Position numbers and translations under genes: made by a program
Source of the DNA: Ignavibacteria bacterium
GTDB lineage: Bacteria; Bacteroidota; Ignavibacteria; Kapaibacteriales; UBA4661
Reading direction: 5' to 3'
Assembly: GCA_014654705.1 (NCBI GenBank)
Contig: JACVZY010000106.1
Location: forward strand, 2,083 to 66,082
DNA: 64,000 bases
Notes under the pieces: generated by a model
The model's input: the letters and a program-made list of their open reading frames with translations, nothing else
The model's database searches: none
What the model was told of the DNA's origin: nothing
Shown: piece by piece, positions 40,371 through 50,075 of the stretch
Layout of the letters: each line of letters begins with the position of its first letter
How positions within the stretch are numbered: the first letter of the stretch is position 1

Positions 40371-42392
40371 ATGCAGAGATTTGCTTGGATATGCAGCGTT
40401 TATGGCGCTCTACTCTTTTTACATCCGGCGCATGCCCAACAAAGCGACATTGATTCACTTCTGCGTGTTATTCGGCAGCACGAGGCAAGCGGGCTCGTAG
40501 ATACATCGCTTGTTCGAGCATTGAATGGACTCGCTTTTGACTATGATGGTTACAAGTCAGACAGCGCATTGGCACTGGTGATAAAGGCACACACTCTTGC
40601 CGAGCGTTTGGGCTACACCAGAGGAGGAATAATATCGTGGATCTACATGGGCAATATCTATGAGACCCAAGGGCAATATAACAATGCATTATCGGTACTT
40701 TTTCAAGCATTAGATCTTGCCACAACTACGAAAGACACATCGCTTATTATCAAAGCACACAATAGCCTAGGGATAGTTTATGCAGACAAAGGTGAGTTCC
40801 AATCTGCTCTTACTCATTACTTTTCGTCACTCAAATTAGCCGAAGCTAAGCGCGACTCTTCAATCATGTCCATTTCGGCAAATAATATTGCGGCATCGTA
40901 TCAGAAACTCAATAGACCAACAGAGTCACTCCGTTATTATCGCTATGCTTTCACCATTGCTGAATTGACCAAGCGCACACGTGAAATTGCTTTTGCCTTA
41001 GGAAATATGGGGTTGGTCTATGCGGATGAAAATCAAAATGATTCTGCCCTCCTGATGTTTCGTGAAGCATATCAGAAATTCAAAACAATCGGCGACAGAC
41101 GTATGGAGGCAACCCAATTGGTGAGCATAGGTGTGGTGTATAGACGACAGGGCGGATATACACAATCTCTTGAAGCATTAGGTGAGGCTCTTGTGATTCA
41201 AAAAGATATTGGCGAAAGGATATATCACATAGAAACGCTTTTTTCAATTGCCCAAACGCTTTTGCTTGTGCGCCGGCATACCGAAGCACTTGTATATGCA
41301 CGTCGTGCGGTGGACAGCGCTGAGGCTACGAGCGCAAAAAAAATAGTTCTGGGCGATGCCCTCGGAGTGTTGTCAATGGTCTATGATTCTCTGGGGAGAT
41401 ATAAAGAAGCATTGGCAGTACATCAACGAATGGCTATCGTGAGGGATTCAATGTTGACTGAAGAATCGCTCAATAAATCCATGCAATTGCAAGCGGAGTA
41501 TGAAGCAGAAAAGAAAGACGTTCAAATTTTGGCTATGACCAAAGACGGCGAACTGCGGAATAAAGAACGAGTGTGGATGAGCGCTTTGGCTATTGCACTT
41601 GCGGTTGTAGTGCTTACCTTGGTGAGTTTTTATAGGCTAAAAATCCGTTCAGAAAAGAAAGCCAAAAAACTTGCGCTCTTTTTGGAAGAAAAGAATGGTG
41701 AAATTTTGCGCCAACAGGAGGTTCTGGAGGAGCAAGCCCGTGAAATTGAACAAATAAATAACGAGCTGCAAGGCAAGTATTTGGTTCTGGAACAGCAAAT
41801 GAATTTACAAACCGATTACACTGAATTGCGTATTCTCAACAAACTTGTGCATCCCCATTTTTTATTTAACACTCTCAATAGCATCTATGCTCTTTCATTA
41901 ATACAATCACCGAAAACACCCTCGATGATGCTGAAATTAGCAGACCTGATGCGGTATTTGCTTGTCAACTCCGAGAGAGACGAAGTCTCCCTGAAAGACG
42001 AGGTGGCTTACTTAGAAAATTATATTACCTTGGAAAAATTACGCCTGAACGAAAATACTGCCCAAGTACGATTTAAGTACCAAATTAATGACCTCCACAG
42101 CCCATATGTGCCGCCATTGCTCTTTTTGCCTTTTGTAGAAAACGCATTTAAGCATGGTGCAGCGACCCAAACAGATGACATTCATATTTCCATTGAATTT
42201 GTATTACAAGGCAACGAGATATTCTTTTATGTCTATAATACGAAGCCCCTGTCCTTTCAATCGCCCACCTCAACCAACACAGGGCTTGCGAATGTCCGTA
42301 AACGTTTACAAATTCTTTTTCCTGAGCGCCACGACCTTCAAATTGAAGAAACTATTTCTACATTCGAGGTACGACTATGGATTCGCCTATAA
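40371..42392 (+). CDS. TPR-sensor LytS-type histidine kinase
   Basis: Signal peptide, TPRs, TM, HPHFLFNTLNSIY, PFVENAFKHG, TGLANV. Confidence 0.92.
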   Translation: MQRFAWICSVYGALLFLHPAHAQQSDIDSLLRVIRQHEASGLVDTSLVRALNGLAFDYDGYKSDSALALVIKAHTLAERLGYTRGGIISWIYMGNIYETQGQYNNALSVLFQALDLATTTKDTSLIIKAHNSLGIVYADKGEFQSALTHYFSSLKLAEAKRDSSIMSISANNIAASYQKLNRPTESLRYYRYAFTIAELTKRTREIAFALGNMGLVYADENQNDSALLMFREAYQKFKTIGDRRMEATQLVSIGVVYRRQGGYTQSLEALGEALVIQKDIGERIYHIETLFSIAQTLLLVRRHTEALVYARRAVDSAEATSAKKIVLGDALGVLSMVYDSLGRYKEALAVHQRMAIVRDSMLTEESLNKSMQLQAEYEAEKKDVQILAMTKDGELRNKERVWMSALAIALAVVVLTLVSFYRLKIRSEKKAKKLALFLEEKNGEILRQQEVLEEQAREIEQINNELQGKYLVLEQQMNLQTDYTELRILNKLVHPHFLFNTLNSIYALSLIQSPKTPSMMLKLADLMRYLLVNSERDEVSLKDEVAYLENYITLEKLRLNENTAQVRFKYQINDLHSPYVPPLLFLPFVENAFKHGAATQTDDIHISIEFVLQGNEIFFYVYNTKPLSFQSPTSTNTGLANVRKRLQILFPERHDLQIEETISTFEVRLWIRL

Positions 42393-43105
42393 CTTATTCT
42401 TGCATTATCGTTGATGATGAGCCGCTTGCACGGCAGGTATTGGAACAGTACATTGCCTCGGTGCCATATCTCCGCCTTGTCCAAAGCTGCTCAACAGCAT
42501 TGGAAGCATTGGCGGTAATGAACAGAACAAAAATAGACATTCTTTTTGCCGATGTGAATATGCCTGAACTGACCGGCATTCAGCTGGTAAAATTATTAGA
42601 TATGCCACCAAAAGTCATACTAGTGACTGCCTTCGAGACATTTGCTGTGCAGGGATTTGAAATTGGCGCAGTTGACTATCTGATGAAACCCATTTCATTT
42701 GAGAGGTTTGTCAAAGCGGTGCAGCGAGCGATAGATATACCATCGCAACCAAATTCCCTTGAGCGTACGCGAGATGCAGCAAACGAAAATCAAATGCTCT
42801 TCTTTAAAACCGATAAGGTTTTTCACAAGGTGTTTGTTAATGACTTACGGTATGTGGAAGCGTATGGTAATTTTGTTAAACTTCACACTATCGAATCAAC
42901 CCTTTTGATTTCCGATACACTCGCATCGGTACAAATGCTTTTACCGATTAATCGCTTCGTTCGAGTGCATAAATCATTCATCATTGCACTGACGGAAATT
43001 ATCCGTGTCGAAGGTAATACCGTGTTCCTCAGCAACGAAGAAGCGATACCAATTGGGGCATCTTTCCGCAAGGAATTTGTGGAGAGATTGCAAGAAAAAA
43101 CATAG
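42377..43105 (+). CDS. LytTR-family response regulator
   Basis: VDDEPLA, FADVNMP, TAF, MKPI; FVRVHKSFII, IPIG. Confidence 0.94.
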   Translation: MDSPITYSCIIVDDEPLARQVLEQYIASVPYLRLVQSCSTALEALAVMNRTKIDILFADVNMPELTGIQLVKLLDMPPKVILVTAFETFAVQGFEIGAVDYLMKPISFERFVKAVQRAIDIPSQPNSLERTRDAANENQMLFFKTDKVFHKVFVNDLRYVEAYGNFVKLHTIESTLLISDTLASVQMLLPINRFVRVHKSFIIALTEIIRVEGNTVFLSNEEAIPIGASFRKEFVERLQEKT

Positions 43106-43134
43106 GTTTATGCAAAAAGGAATTGCTCGTTTGC

Positions 43135-44067
43135 TTAGTGCTTTTTCCCACCATCAAGTAATTGCTTCGCTTTGCGGCGAATCCGATAGCCGAGTGTCCA
43201 CTTGAGTAAATAATCCTGTACATACTTCTCAAACGACATTTCCCGAATAACGTAGGGCGGATGCTGCATGGGGAACTGCATTGCCTCTACAGGTACATTC
43301 GCTGTGGGGTGGTCGGCATCAGTGATGTGCGTCGCGCCTTCGCCAAAGCCAATGTTCGTAATAAGATTCGCATTCGGAATAATACCCAACTGTCCTTGCA
43401 ACCAAACAGCAAAGGTAAGCTGATAATCCCACGTTGATTCGTTGCCGTTGTAAGCGGATTGGAAGACTTTTGTCCAATATTTTACCGAAAAATCATCGCC
43501 CAGCATCTCCGCCAGCAAGCCGTTATCGCGCACTTCGGGAAAACGTGCCATATTGACATCGTAATTCTTCCACACGCGCCGCCACGAAGCCCAACCCGTG
43601 ATAGGGTGAATCCGTGAAAAGTAGTAGCTGTACTGCGTTTCGCGTTTAATACGGAAATTTGCCGCCGAAATAAGACCGATGCGCTCATCATGACGATACC
43701 GCTCCAGCATTTCTTGGCAATACTGAAAAAATGTAGGGTGCGGCAAGCAATCATCCTCCAAAATAATCGCTTCCTCCACCGTTTGAAACACCCAATCCAA
43801 ACCACTGGAAACACGACCACGGCAGCCCAGATTCAAAGGAGAAATATTTGTCAGGACTTCGCAGTCCCAATCCACATTGTTGAGTACAATGCTCCGCGCC
43901 TGCTCGCACCGTTCTTGTTCGCCCTCGCGCCCCGTGCGTGCACCATCGGCAATGATAAGCAACTTTGGCGGCTGCGCCTTGCGGACTTCGGCAAAGACTT
44001 TTTCGGTGGTGTCGGGGCGATTGAAGATGACCATCGCCACAGGAGTTGTCAGTTTGAAGTTTGTCAT
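43135..44067 (-). CDS. GT-A fold glycosyltransferase
   Basis: FNRPD, NLGC, ILEDDCLP (DxD-like), GWASWRR, WDYQ, NIGFG. Confidence 0.85.
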   Translation of the reverse strand: MTNFKLTTPVAMVIFNRPDTTEKVFAEVRKAQPPKLLIIADGARTGREGEQERCEQARSIVLNNVDWDCEVLTNISPLNLGCRGRVSSGLDWVFQTVEEAIILEDDCLPHPTFFQYCQEMLERYRHDERIGLISAANFRIKRETQYSYYFSRIHPITGWASWRRVWKNYDVNMARFPEVRDNGLLAEMLGDDFSVKYWTKVFQSAYNGNESTWDYQLTFAVWLQGQLGIIPNANLITNIGFGEGATHITDADHPTANVPVEAMQFPMQHPPYVIREMSFEKYVQDYLLKWTLGYRIRRKAKQLLDGGKKH

Positions 44068-44112
44068 AGAGTATTGCTTTGAAGAATAGTTCACGACAAA
44101 AATCTTTTCTTG

Positions 44113-44185
44113 GTAGCACAGACATTCTTGTCTGTGAGGTTTGAAGAAGTGCTCGATGATTCACAGGCAAGAATGTCTGCGCTAC
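44113..44185. repeat. REP-like palindromic doublet (GTAG type), copy 2
   Basis: gtagcacagacattcttgtctgtg (44113-44136) and inverted cacaggcaagaatgtctgcgctac (44162-44185). Confidence 0.85.
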
Positions 44186-44245
44186 CGAAGCCAGTTTTTA
44201 AGCTGCTTACGAAGTTTTATCGTGTACCAAGGTTTTGAAGGTAAA

Positions 44246-45238
44246 TCACATCCGCGAGCGCTCAAAATCTATCACGCTCTTCAAAATCTGCTCAAGAGTG
44301 TGTGTCGGCTTCCAGCCCGTCAATTCTTGAACGCGCGTGTTGTCGGGCATACGACGCTGCATATCCTCGAATCCGGGCGGATATGCTTCTGCGTAAGGAA
44401 TCAGAACGATGTCCGACGCGCTACCACTTAGTTCCTTGACCTTTTTTGCCAAGTCCATCATGCTGATTTCTTCACGACTCCCGACGTTGAAGAGTTTGCC
44501 GGGCGCTTCGGCGTGAAGTGACAAACTGTAAATTGCTTCCACAACATCGCGCACATCGCAGAAACAACGGCTTTGCGTGCCATCACCAAAAACGCGAATG
44601 GGTTCGCCGCGAAGCGCTTGCTGCACGAAGCGTGGAATTACCATGCCGTAACGTCCAGTCTGACGCGCTCCGACGGTGTTGAAAAGGCGGAATGGTACGA
44701 CTTCCAGTCCATATTCCTGATGATATGCCAAGCCCAAAAACTCGTCAATCATTTTGCTCGCAGCATACGCCCAGCGTGATTTGCTCGTATTGCCCAGAAG
44801 CACGTCGTCGTTTTCGTTGAACGGAATTTTTACACCTTTACCATACACTTCCGACGTGCTGGCAAGCATCACGCGGCATCCATAACGTAAGGCGGTCTTA
44901 AGAACAACTTCGCTGCCCATAATGTTTGTTTCAATCGTATGCACGGGCTTTTCGACAATAAGCTGTACGCCCACTGCTGCCGCCAAATGCACGACAATAT
45001 CTACCTGCGAGGTGATGCGGTCGAGTACCATCTCGTTCATAATGTCGTCGCGGACAAAGTGAAATTGCCCCGCAACATCAGGATTGGAGCGGATGTCGTT
45101 GATATTGTCTATCGTGCCGGTGGAAAGATTGTCGAGCGCAAAGACGGTGTGCCCGCGCTGCAAGAGATACTTCGACAGATGTGAGCCGATAAAGCCCGCA
45201 CCGCCGGTGATGAGAAAGGTTTTGGAGGGAGCGTTCAA
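44246..45238 (-). CDS. NAD-dependent nucleotide-sugar epimerase/dehydratase (extended SDR)
   Basis: TGGAGFIG, HLAAAVG, STSEVYG, YAASK, RLFNTVG. Confidence 0.93.
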   Translation of the reverse strand: MNAPSKTFLITGGAGFIGSHLSKYLLQRGHTVFALDNLSTGTIDNINDIRSNPDVAGQFHFVRDDIMNEMVLDRITSQVDIVVHLAAAVGVQLIVEKPVHTIETNIMGSEVVLKTALRYGCRVMLASTSEVYGKGVKIPFNENDDVLLGNTSKSRWAYAASKMIDEFLGLAYHQEYGLEVVPFRLFNTVGARQTGRYGMVIPRFVQQALRGEPIRVFGDGTQSRCFCDVRDVVEAIYSLSLHAEAPGKLFNVGSREEISMMDLAKKVKELSGSASDIVLIPYAEAYPPGFEDMQRRMPDNTRVQELTGWKPTHTLEQILKSVIDFERSRM

Positions 45239-45474
45239 CGTGGGGATTCCTTAAAAAGTAAGCCAAACAATCGTGTTTTGCAAAGACTACAAATTTACGA
45301 TGTTTATAGCTTCCACAAAACACAAATATCGAAACGGTGTAAGGATAGCGAGAATAGAACTTGTACAAACGATAGGCAACAATGCCATTATGCAAGAATG
45401 AGCAAAATTGTTTGTATATTTTCTGTCCAACCCGCTTCACTTGTTCTGCATTTTTCATCGGTATTCCATCCATT

Positions 45475-46773
45475 ATGAGTACTTATTCTACCCACGATTT
45501 CATTCGTGAAGCCGAAGCACAACAGAAATTTTACCAAGAGCAAGCTGCACGTTTTGATGCGGTCTTGAACGACCAAGCCGAGCAGATTGCGACGCTTATG
45601 AAGAAAAAAGATGCAGCGCTTCGGGCAATGTCGGATATTCTTCTACCTACCTTCACGCACGATGATTGCACTACGCTTGCGAAGCGCCTGCAAAAGCCGA
45701 TGCTTGAGGGCTTGTATGCTGATTATCTTCGTGAACAAAAAAGTCTGCAAGAGCAGATTGCCAACATTGAACAGAATACGGGGTTTCAGAAACGTGATGC
45801 GCTCACCAACCCAAAGTCGGGTGTGCTGACCACGCAAATTGCTGAGCTGGAACCGCTTTACGCGCAGGCGGAAACCATGCTCGAAAAACTGCGCTCCATG
45901 CAAGGTTTTGAGCGCTTGCAGGCGAACAAGTATGGTCGTAAAGACTATGTGCATCAAGGAATGATGCGCTTTCTCACACCGGAGTATTATTCCGACAACG
46001 CCGATGCTGCCGCGATTGTGAAACAGATGGGCGTGAACGATTTTCTGGACGTGCTCTCTGAGTACAACACCGCTCAAGACCGCATGAATACACTCGCTCC
46101 GTCGCTTCAGCGCTTACGCGAGGAATATTCAGCACTGCAAAACCTTGCGCGTGAGCATACGCAAGCCTCTGAGCGCCTTGCAGGATTGGAGAGTATCTAC
46201 AAACAACGAGTTCAAGAAGCAATCGCGGAATACTGCACGCTCAACGACAAACAAACACTTGCGCGGCTCTTTACGGAGGTTGCCGCCGACGCACCCGATG
46301 CGTACGCGCCCTTAGAATCAGCCTTCAAGCAATTCGACGGCACGGAACACCAAATCGATTATCTACGGGCGCTCCGGAGCAAAGTAACGGATGACACCAA
46401 TGCTCTTGTACAAAAATCTACTGCTCTTGCCGAAGAAACGCGCCGATACACTGCCGACCCGCACCGCTTCCGCAATAAGCGCTGGACAAACGACCAATTT
46501 GCAAAAAAATTCAAACGCGACACCACGCGCTACGACCGCTCTCTGCACCGCTACAACCGCACAGGAGCTGTGATTTACGGCTTTGACGATTACAATCGAA
46601 TTTCGCCATTCGAAGAATTTTTATGGTGGGACGTGATGAGCGACGGACGTTTGGACGGGAATTTTATCCCGGAGGTACAAGAGTATTACGAGACGCATCC
46701 CGATTATGAGTACAATCCAAGTGATTATGCGCCTACCGACGGCATAAATACTGATAATTCCGATAATTCGTAA
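45475..46773 (+). CDS. Hypothetical coiled-coil protein
   Basis: 432-aa helical, Q/E/A/L-rich ORF; no family recognised; C-terminal FLWWDVMSDGRLDGNFIPEV segment and acidic tail. Confidence 0.8.
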   Translation: MSTYSTHDFIREAEAQQKFYQEQAARFDAVLNDQAEQIATLMKKKDAALRAMSDILLPTFTHDDCTTLAKRLQKPMLEGLYADYLREQKSLQEQIANIEQNTGFQKRDALTNPKSGVLTTQIAELEPLYAQAETMLEKLRSMQGFERLQANKYGRKDYVHQGMMRFLTPEYYSDNADAAAIVKQMGVNDFLDVLSEYNTAQDRMNTLAPSLQRLREEYSALQNLAREHTQASERLAGLESIYKQRVQEAIAEYCTLNDKQTLARLFTEVAADAPDAYAPLESAFKQFDGTEHQIDYLRALRSKVTDDTNALVQKSTALAEETRRYTADPHRFRNKRWTNDQFAKKFKRDTTRYDRSLHRYNRTGAVIYGFDDYNRISPFEEFLWWDVMSDGRLDGNFIPEVQEYYETHPDYEYNPSDYAPTDGINTDNSDNS

Positions 46774-46797
46774 TTACTGGGACAACCATATCGCACT

Positions 46798-48276
46798 ATG
46801 AAATCTCCCGTCTCGCTTCGCATTATGAACTATGCCGTCAATGGCATAGGACTGGGGCATTTGTCGCGTTTAGTAGCAGTCAATCGCTGGATACGGCGCT
46901 ACACAGACGTTCTGGGCATTGATGCCGAACTTCTTTTTCTGACCTCCAGCGAAGCCGACGCGCTCTGCTATCACAATGGTTTTCCGGCATTCAAAATTCC
47001 TTCCAAAACAATTATTAACGATAACCACGCTTTTTCGGGCGCACGTGTGGCAAGGCTTTCTCGCGTACAGCACCGTCGGCTTGCAAAGCAGTGGGTGTGG
47101 AACTCGGTGGGTGTTTTTGCGCCGGATATTCTGGTTGTTGATACGTTCCCCAATGGTTCATTCTATGAGCTTGGCAGTATAGCAGATTTTGGAATGAAGA
47201 AAGTGCTCATAAGCCGTGCTGTGCGGACGGAACAAGCGCAAAAGCCAGATTTCCGAGCAGCACTCAGAATGTATGACCGCATTATCACGACCGAAGAACC
47301 ATTCTCGTCCGTGGGCTATGTGCCTGAAGAAGCTGAAGGGCGTACCGTCAGCGTCGGGACAATCATGCTCCGTGAGCAGGCAGAACTGCTTTCCCGTGAA
47401 GAGGCGCGTTTGCGTTTGGGATTGCCCTTAGAAGCGCTTTGCGTCTATATCAGCGCGGGTGGTGGTGGCGATAGCGATGCAGAATCAACATTTACAACGC
47501 TTGCAGCAATAGCAGCCTCAGAGCCGCACATTTGCTTTGTTTTCGGAGCGGGTGCGCTCTATCGTGGTCGAGAATTTCATGCCCCCAACGTGCGGTGGCT
47601 ACAACGTTTTAACGCGATAGAATTCATGCCTGCTTTCGATGCTGCGATTTCTGCGGGCGGGTACAATTCCGTTTATGAATTACTTCTCAGCGGCATCCCA
47701 ACAGTCTTTATTGCCCAAGAGCGTCTTTTCGATGACCAGAAAGCACGAATCGTGGCGCTTCAGGAACGGGGCTTGTGCGCCGTTGAATCCTCATGGAACA
47801 AGGAATCGTGCCGTGCGGCATTGGCAATTATTCAGAATCCTGCATGGCGGCATGGCGTGAGCGCACAGATACAGGCATTTGCGCTTGCCAATGATGCCCA
47901 AGCCGCCGCCCGTCTTATTTTGGAAGAAATATTGAACGAAGACGTGTTGCAACGCGCCGATGAATTGCTTTCGGGAGGCACACACTTTGCGCTTGTGCGC
48001 GAAGGCTTTGATGAACGCCTTACGTTGCGGACGTTTTTTGCGCTCGATTTCACCTTTCGCAGAGATGCTCAACGCCGCAAAGCATCGCAAACACTTGGTT
48101 TGCCATATAACGAACAAACAGAAGACACAGACATTCCCGACCTCGCTGCCGCATTTCTCTGCGAGTGCCGCCAGCGTGGGATTGAGGCACTTGACCGTGT
48201 GAATGCTTTGCCCACGTTTCTACCAGAAGTGCAAACGGCTTTGGAAGCCGTCGAGCGGCTTTTGTCAACGAGCTAA
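46798..48276 (+). CDS. GT-B glycosyltransferase (GT28 C-terminal-like)
   Basis: NGIGLGH, VVDTFP, SAGGGGD, AISAGGYNSVYE, DQ..R motifs; ~110-aa C-terminal extension. Confidence 0.82.
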   Translation: MKSPVSLRIMNYAVNGIGLGHLSRLVAVNRWIRRYTDVLGIDAELLFLTSSEADALCYHNGFPAFKIPSKTIINDNHAFSGARVARLSRVQHRRLAKQWVWNSVGVFAPDILVVDTFPNGSFYELGSIADFGMKKVLISRAVRTEQAQKPDFRAALRMYDRIITTEEPFSSVGYVPEEAEGRTVSVGTIMLREQAELLSREEARLRLGLPLEALCVYISAGGGGDSDAESTFTTLAAIAASEPHICFVFGAGALYRGREFHAPNVRWLQRFNAIEFMPAFDAAISAGGYNSVYELLLSGIPTVFIAQERLFDDQKARIVALQERGLCAVESSWNKESCRAALAIIQNPAWRHGVSAQIQAFALANDAQAAARLILEEILNEDVLQRADELLSGGTHFALVREGFDERLTLRTFFALDFTFRRDAQRRKASQTLGLPYNEQTEDTDIPDLAAAFLCECRQRGIEALDRVNALPTFLPEVQTALEAVERLLSTS

Positions 48277-48323
48277 CGCCACGGTACATTCTCAAAAGCT
48301 CTCGTTGTTCGGGGAATTGTTCG

Positions 48324-48331
48324 TATATTTG
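48324..48331 (+). promoter_or_regulatory. Bacteroidota-type -7 promoter box
   Basis: TATATTTG upstream of the aldehyde dehydrogenase. Confidence 0.55.
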
Positions 48332-48393
48332 CGTCCGAAAAACAACGCTTCATTCTTCATTTTGTTTGTTCAGAAAGGTTGCAACAAGGTTCT

Positions 48394-49875
48394 ATGGAAC
48401 AGTTCAAGAATTATATCAACGGGAAATGGGTGGCAGCTGCCTCCCAGAAAACATACCAAAACCTCAATCCTGCCGACCAACGCGACGTTATTGGCGAATT
48501 TCCTTTGTCGGAAGCGGCAGACATTGATGCAGCCGTCAAAGCCTGCAAAGCCGTAGAACGTGCATGGATGCTGATGCCGGCTCCGAAGCGCGGCGACATC
48601 TTGCGCAAAGCAGGTGATATTTTCACACGCCGAAAAGAAGAGCTTTCCCGCATTATGACCCGCGAAATGGGCAAGCCTACCTTCGAGACCGCAGGCGATG
48701 TACAAGAAGCAATCGACACCTGCTACTATGCCGCAACCGAAGGTCGCCGCCTGTTCGGCTTCAATGCGCCCAGCGAGATGGAAAACAAAATGAATATGTC
48801 GTTCCGTATGCCGATTGGCGTGTGCGGTATCATCACCGCATGGAATTTCCCGATAGCCGTGCCGTCGTGGAAGATTATTCCGGCGCTTGTCTGCGGCAAC
48901 ACGGTCGTTTTCAAGCCGTCAGATGATTCCCCGCACTCTGCCAATATCTTCGCAGAAATTTTGGAAGAAGCGGGTTTACCTGCGGGCGTGTTCAATGTTG
49001 TTCATGGCGCAGGTGCAGCAGGTGCGGCGCTGGTGGAACATAACGACGTGCGACTCATTGGCTTCACGGGTTCGACGGAGACGGGCAAAAAAATCGCAGC
49101 AAAATGCGGCGAAATGAACAAAAAATGTTCGCTCGAAATGGGCGGCAAAAACGCACTTGCGGTCATGGAAGACGGCGACCAAGACCTCGCACTCGAAGGC
49201 GTTCTTTGGGGTGCGTTCGGCACAACGGGGCAGCGCTGCACGGCAACTTCACGGTTGATTCTGCACAAAGACATTTATGACGAATTTACCAACAAACTCA
49301 TCACTCGCGCTTCTAAATTGCGCTTGGGACCGGGCTTGGATGCTAATACGGAAGTTGGTCCCGTCATTAACGAGCGTCAACTTGCGAAAATCGAGAAATA
49401 TATCGAAATTGGTCGTGAAGAAGGTGCGAAATTGGCACTGGGCGGCGGACGCGACGACGGTCCGAAACTTGGTATGGGCTGCTTTGTGAAGCCGACCATT
49501 TTCCTTGATGTTACGCCAAATATGCGCATCTTCCGCGAGGAAATTTTTGGTCCCGTGCTCTCGGTCACAAAAGCTGAGTCTTTCGACCACGCTATCGAAC
49601 TCATCAATGATTGCGCCTACGGCTTGTCGTCGAGTATGTTTACCTCCGACGTAAACCGCGCTTTCCGCGCTATCCGTGACATCGAAGCAGGTATCACCTA
49701 CATTAACGCACCAACCATCGGCGCAGAAGCACATATGCCGTTTGGCGGCGTAAAAGGCACCGGCAATGGACACCGTGAAGGTGGCTGGACGGCATTCGAG
49801 ATTTTCACCGAGTGGAAATCGGTGTATGTCGATTTCTCCAGCAAGCTCCAGCGTGCACAGATTGACAATTACTAA
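48394..49875 (+). CDS. Aldehyde dehydrogenase
   Basis: [28 protein letters not shown] (catalytic Cys), EEIFGPV, PFGG. Confidence 0.96.
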   Translation: MEQFKNYINGKWVAAASQKTYQNLNPADQRDVIGEFPLSEAADIDAAVKACKAVERAWMLMPAPKRGDILRKAGDIFTRRKEELSRIMTREMGKPTFETAGDVQEAIDTCYYAATEGRRLFGFNAPSEMENKMNMSFRMPIGVCGIITAWNFPIAVPSWKIIPALVCGNTVVFKPSDDSPHSANIFAEILEEAGLPAGVFNVVHGAGAAGAALVEHNDVRLIGFTGSTETGKKIAAKCGEMNKKCSLEMGGKNALAVMEDGDQDLALEGVLWGAFGTTGQRCTATSRLILHKDIYDEFTNKLITRASKLRLGPGLDANTEVGPVINERQLAKIEKYIEIGREEGAKLALGGGRDDGPKLGMGCFVKPTIFLDVTPNMRIFREEIFGPVLSVTKAESFDHAIELINDCAYGLSSSMFTSDVNRAFRAIRDIEAGITYINAPTIGAEAHMPFGGVKGTGNGHREGGWTAFEIFTEWKSVYVDFSSKLQRAQIDNY

Positions 49876-49914
49876 ACCGTACGAGACTAATTTTTTAAGA
49901 CAGTGATGCAGGGT

Positions 49915-49951
49915 ATCCCTCACCGGATGGGTTTCGGTGGGGGATTTTTTT
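49915..49951 (+). terminator. Rho-independent terminator after the ALDH gene
   Basis: Stem atccctcaccg/cggtgggggat (one G-U pair) followed by a T run. Confidence 0.75.
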
Positions 49952-50075
49952 GCATTCCATTTTCGTTCTATCCGTCTACAAATTTCACAGAACTTGAAAG
50001 GCAGATGTTTCCGAATTTTTCATAGATTTGCACTGTTATTGCCGCCCTTATTTGCTATTTACGTTCTACCCCCTT

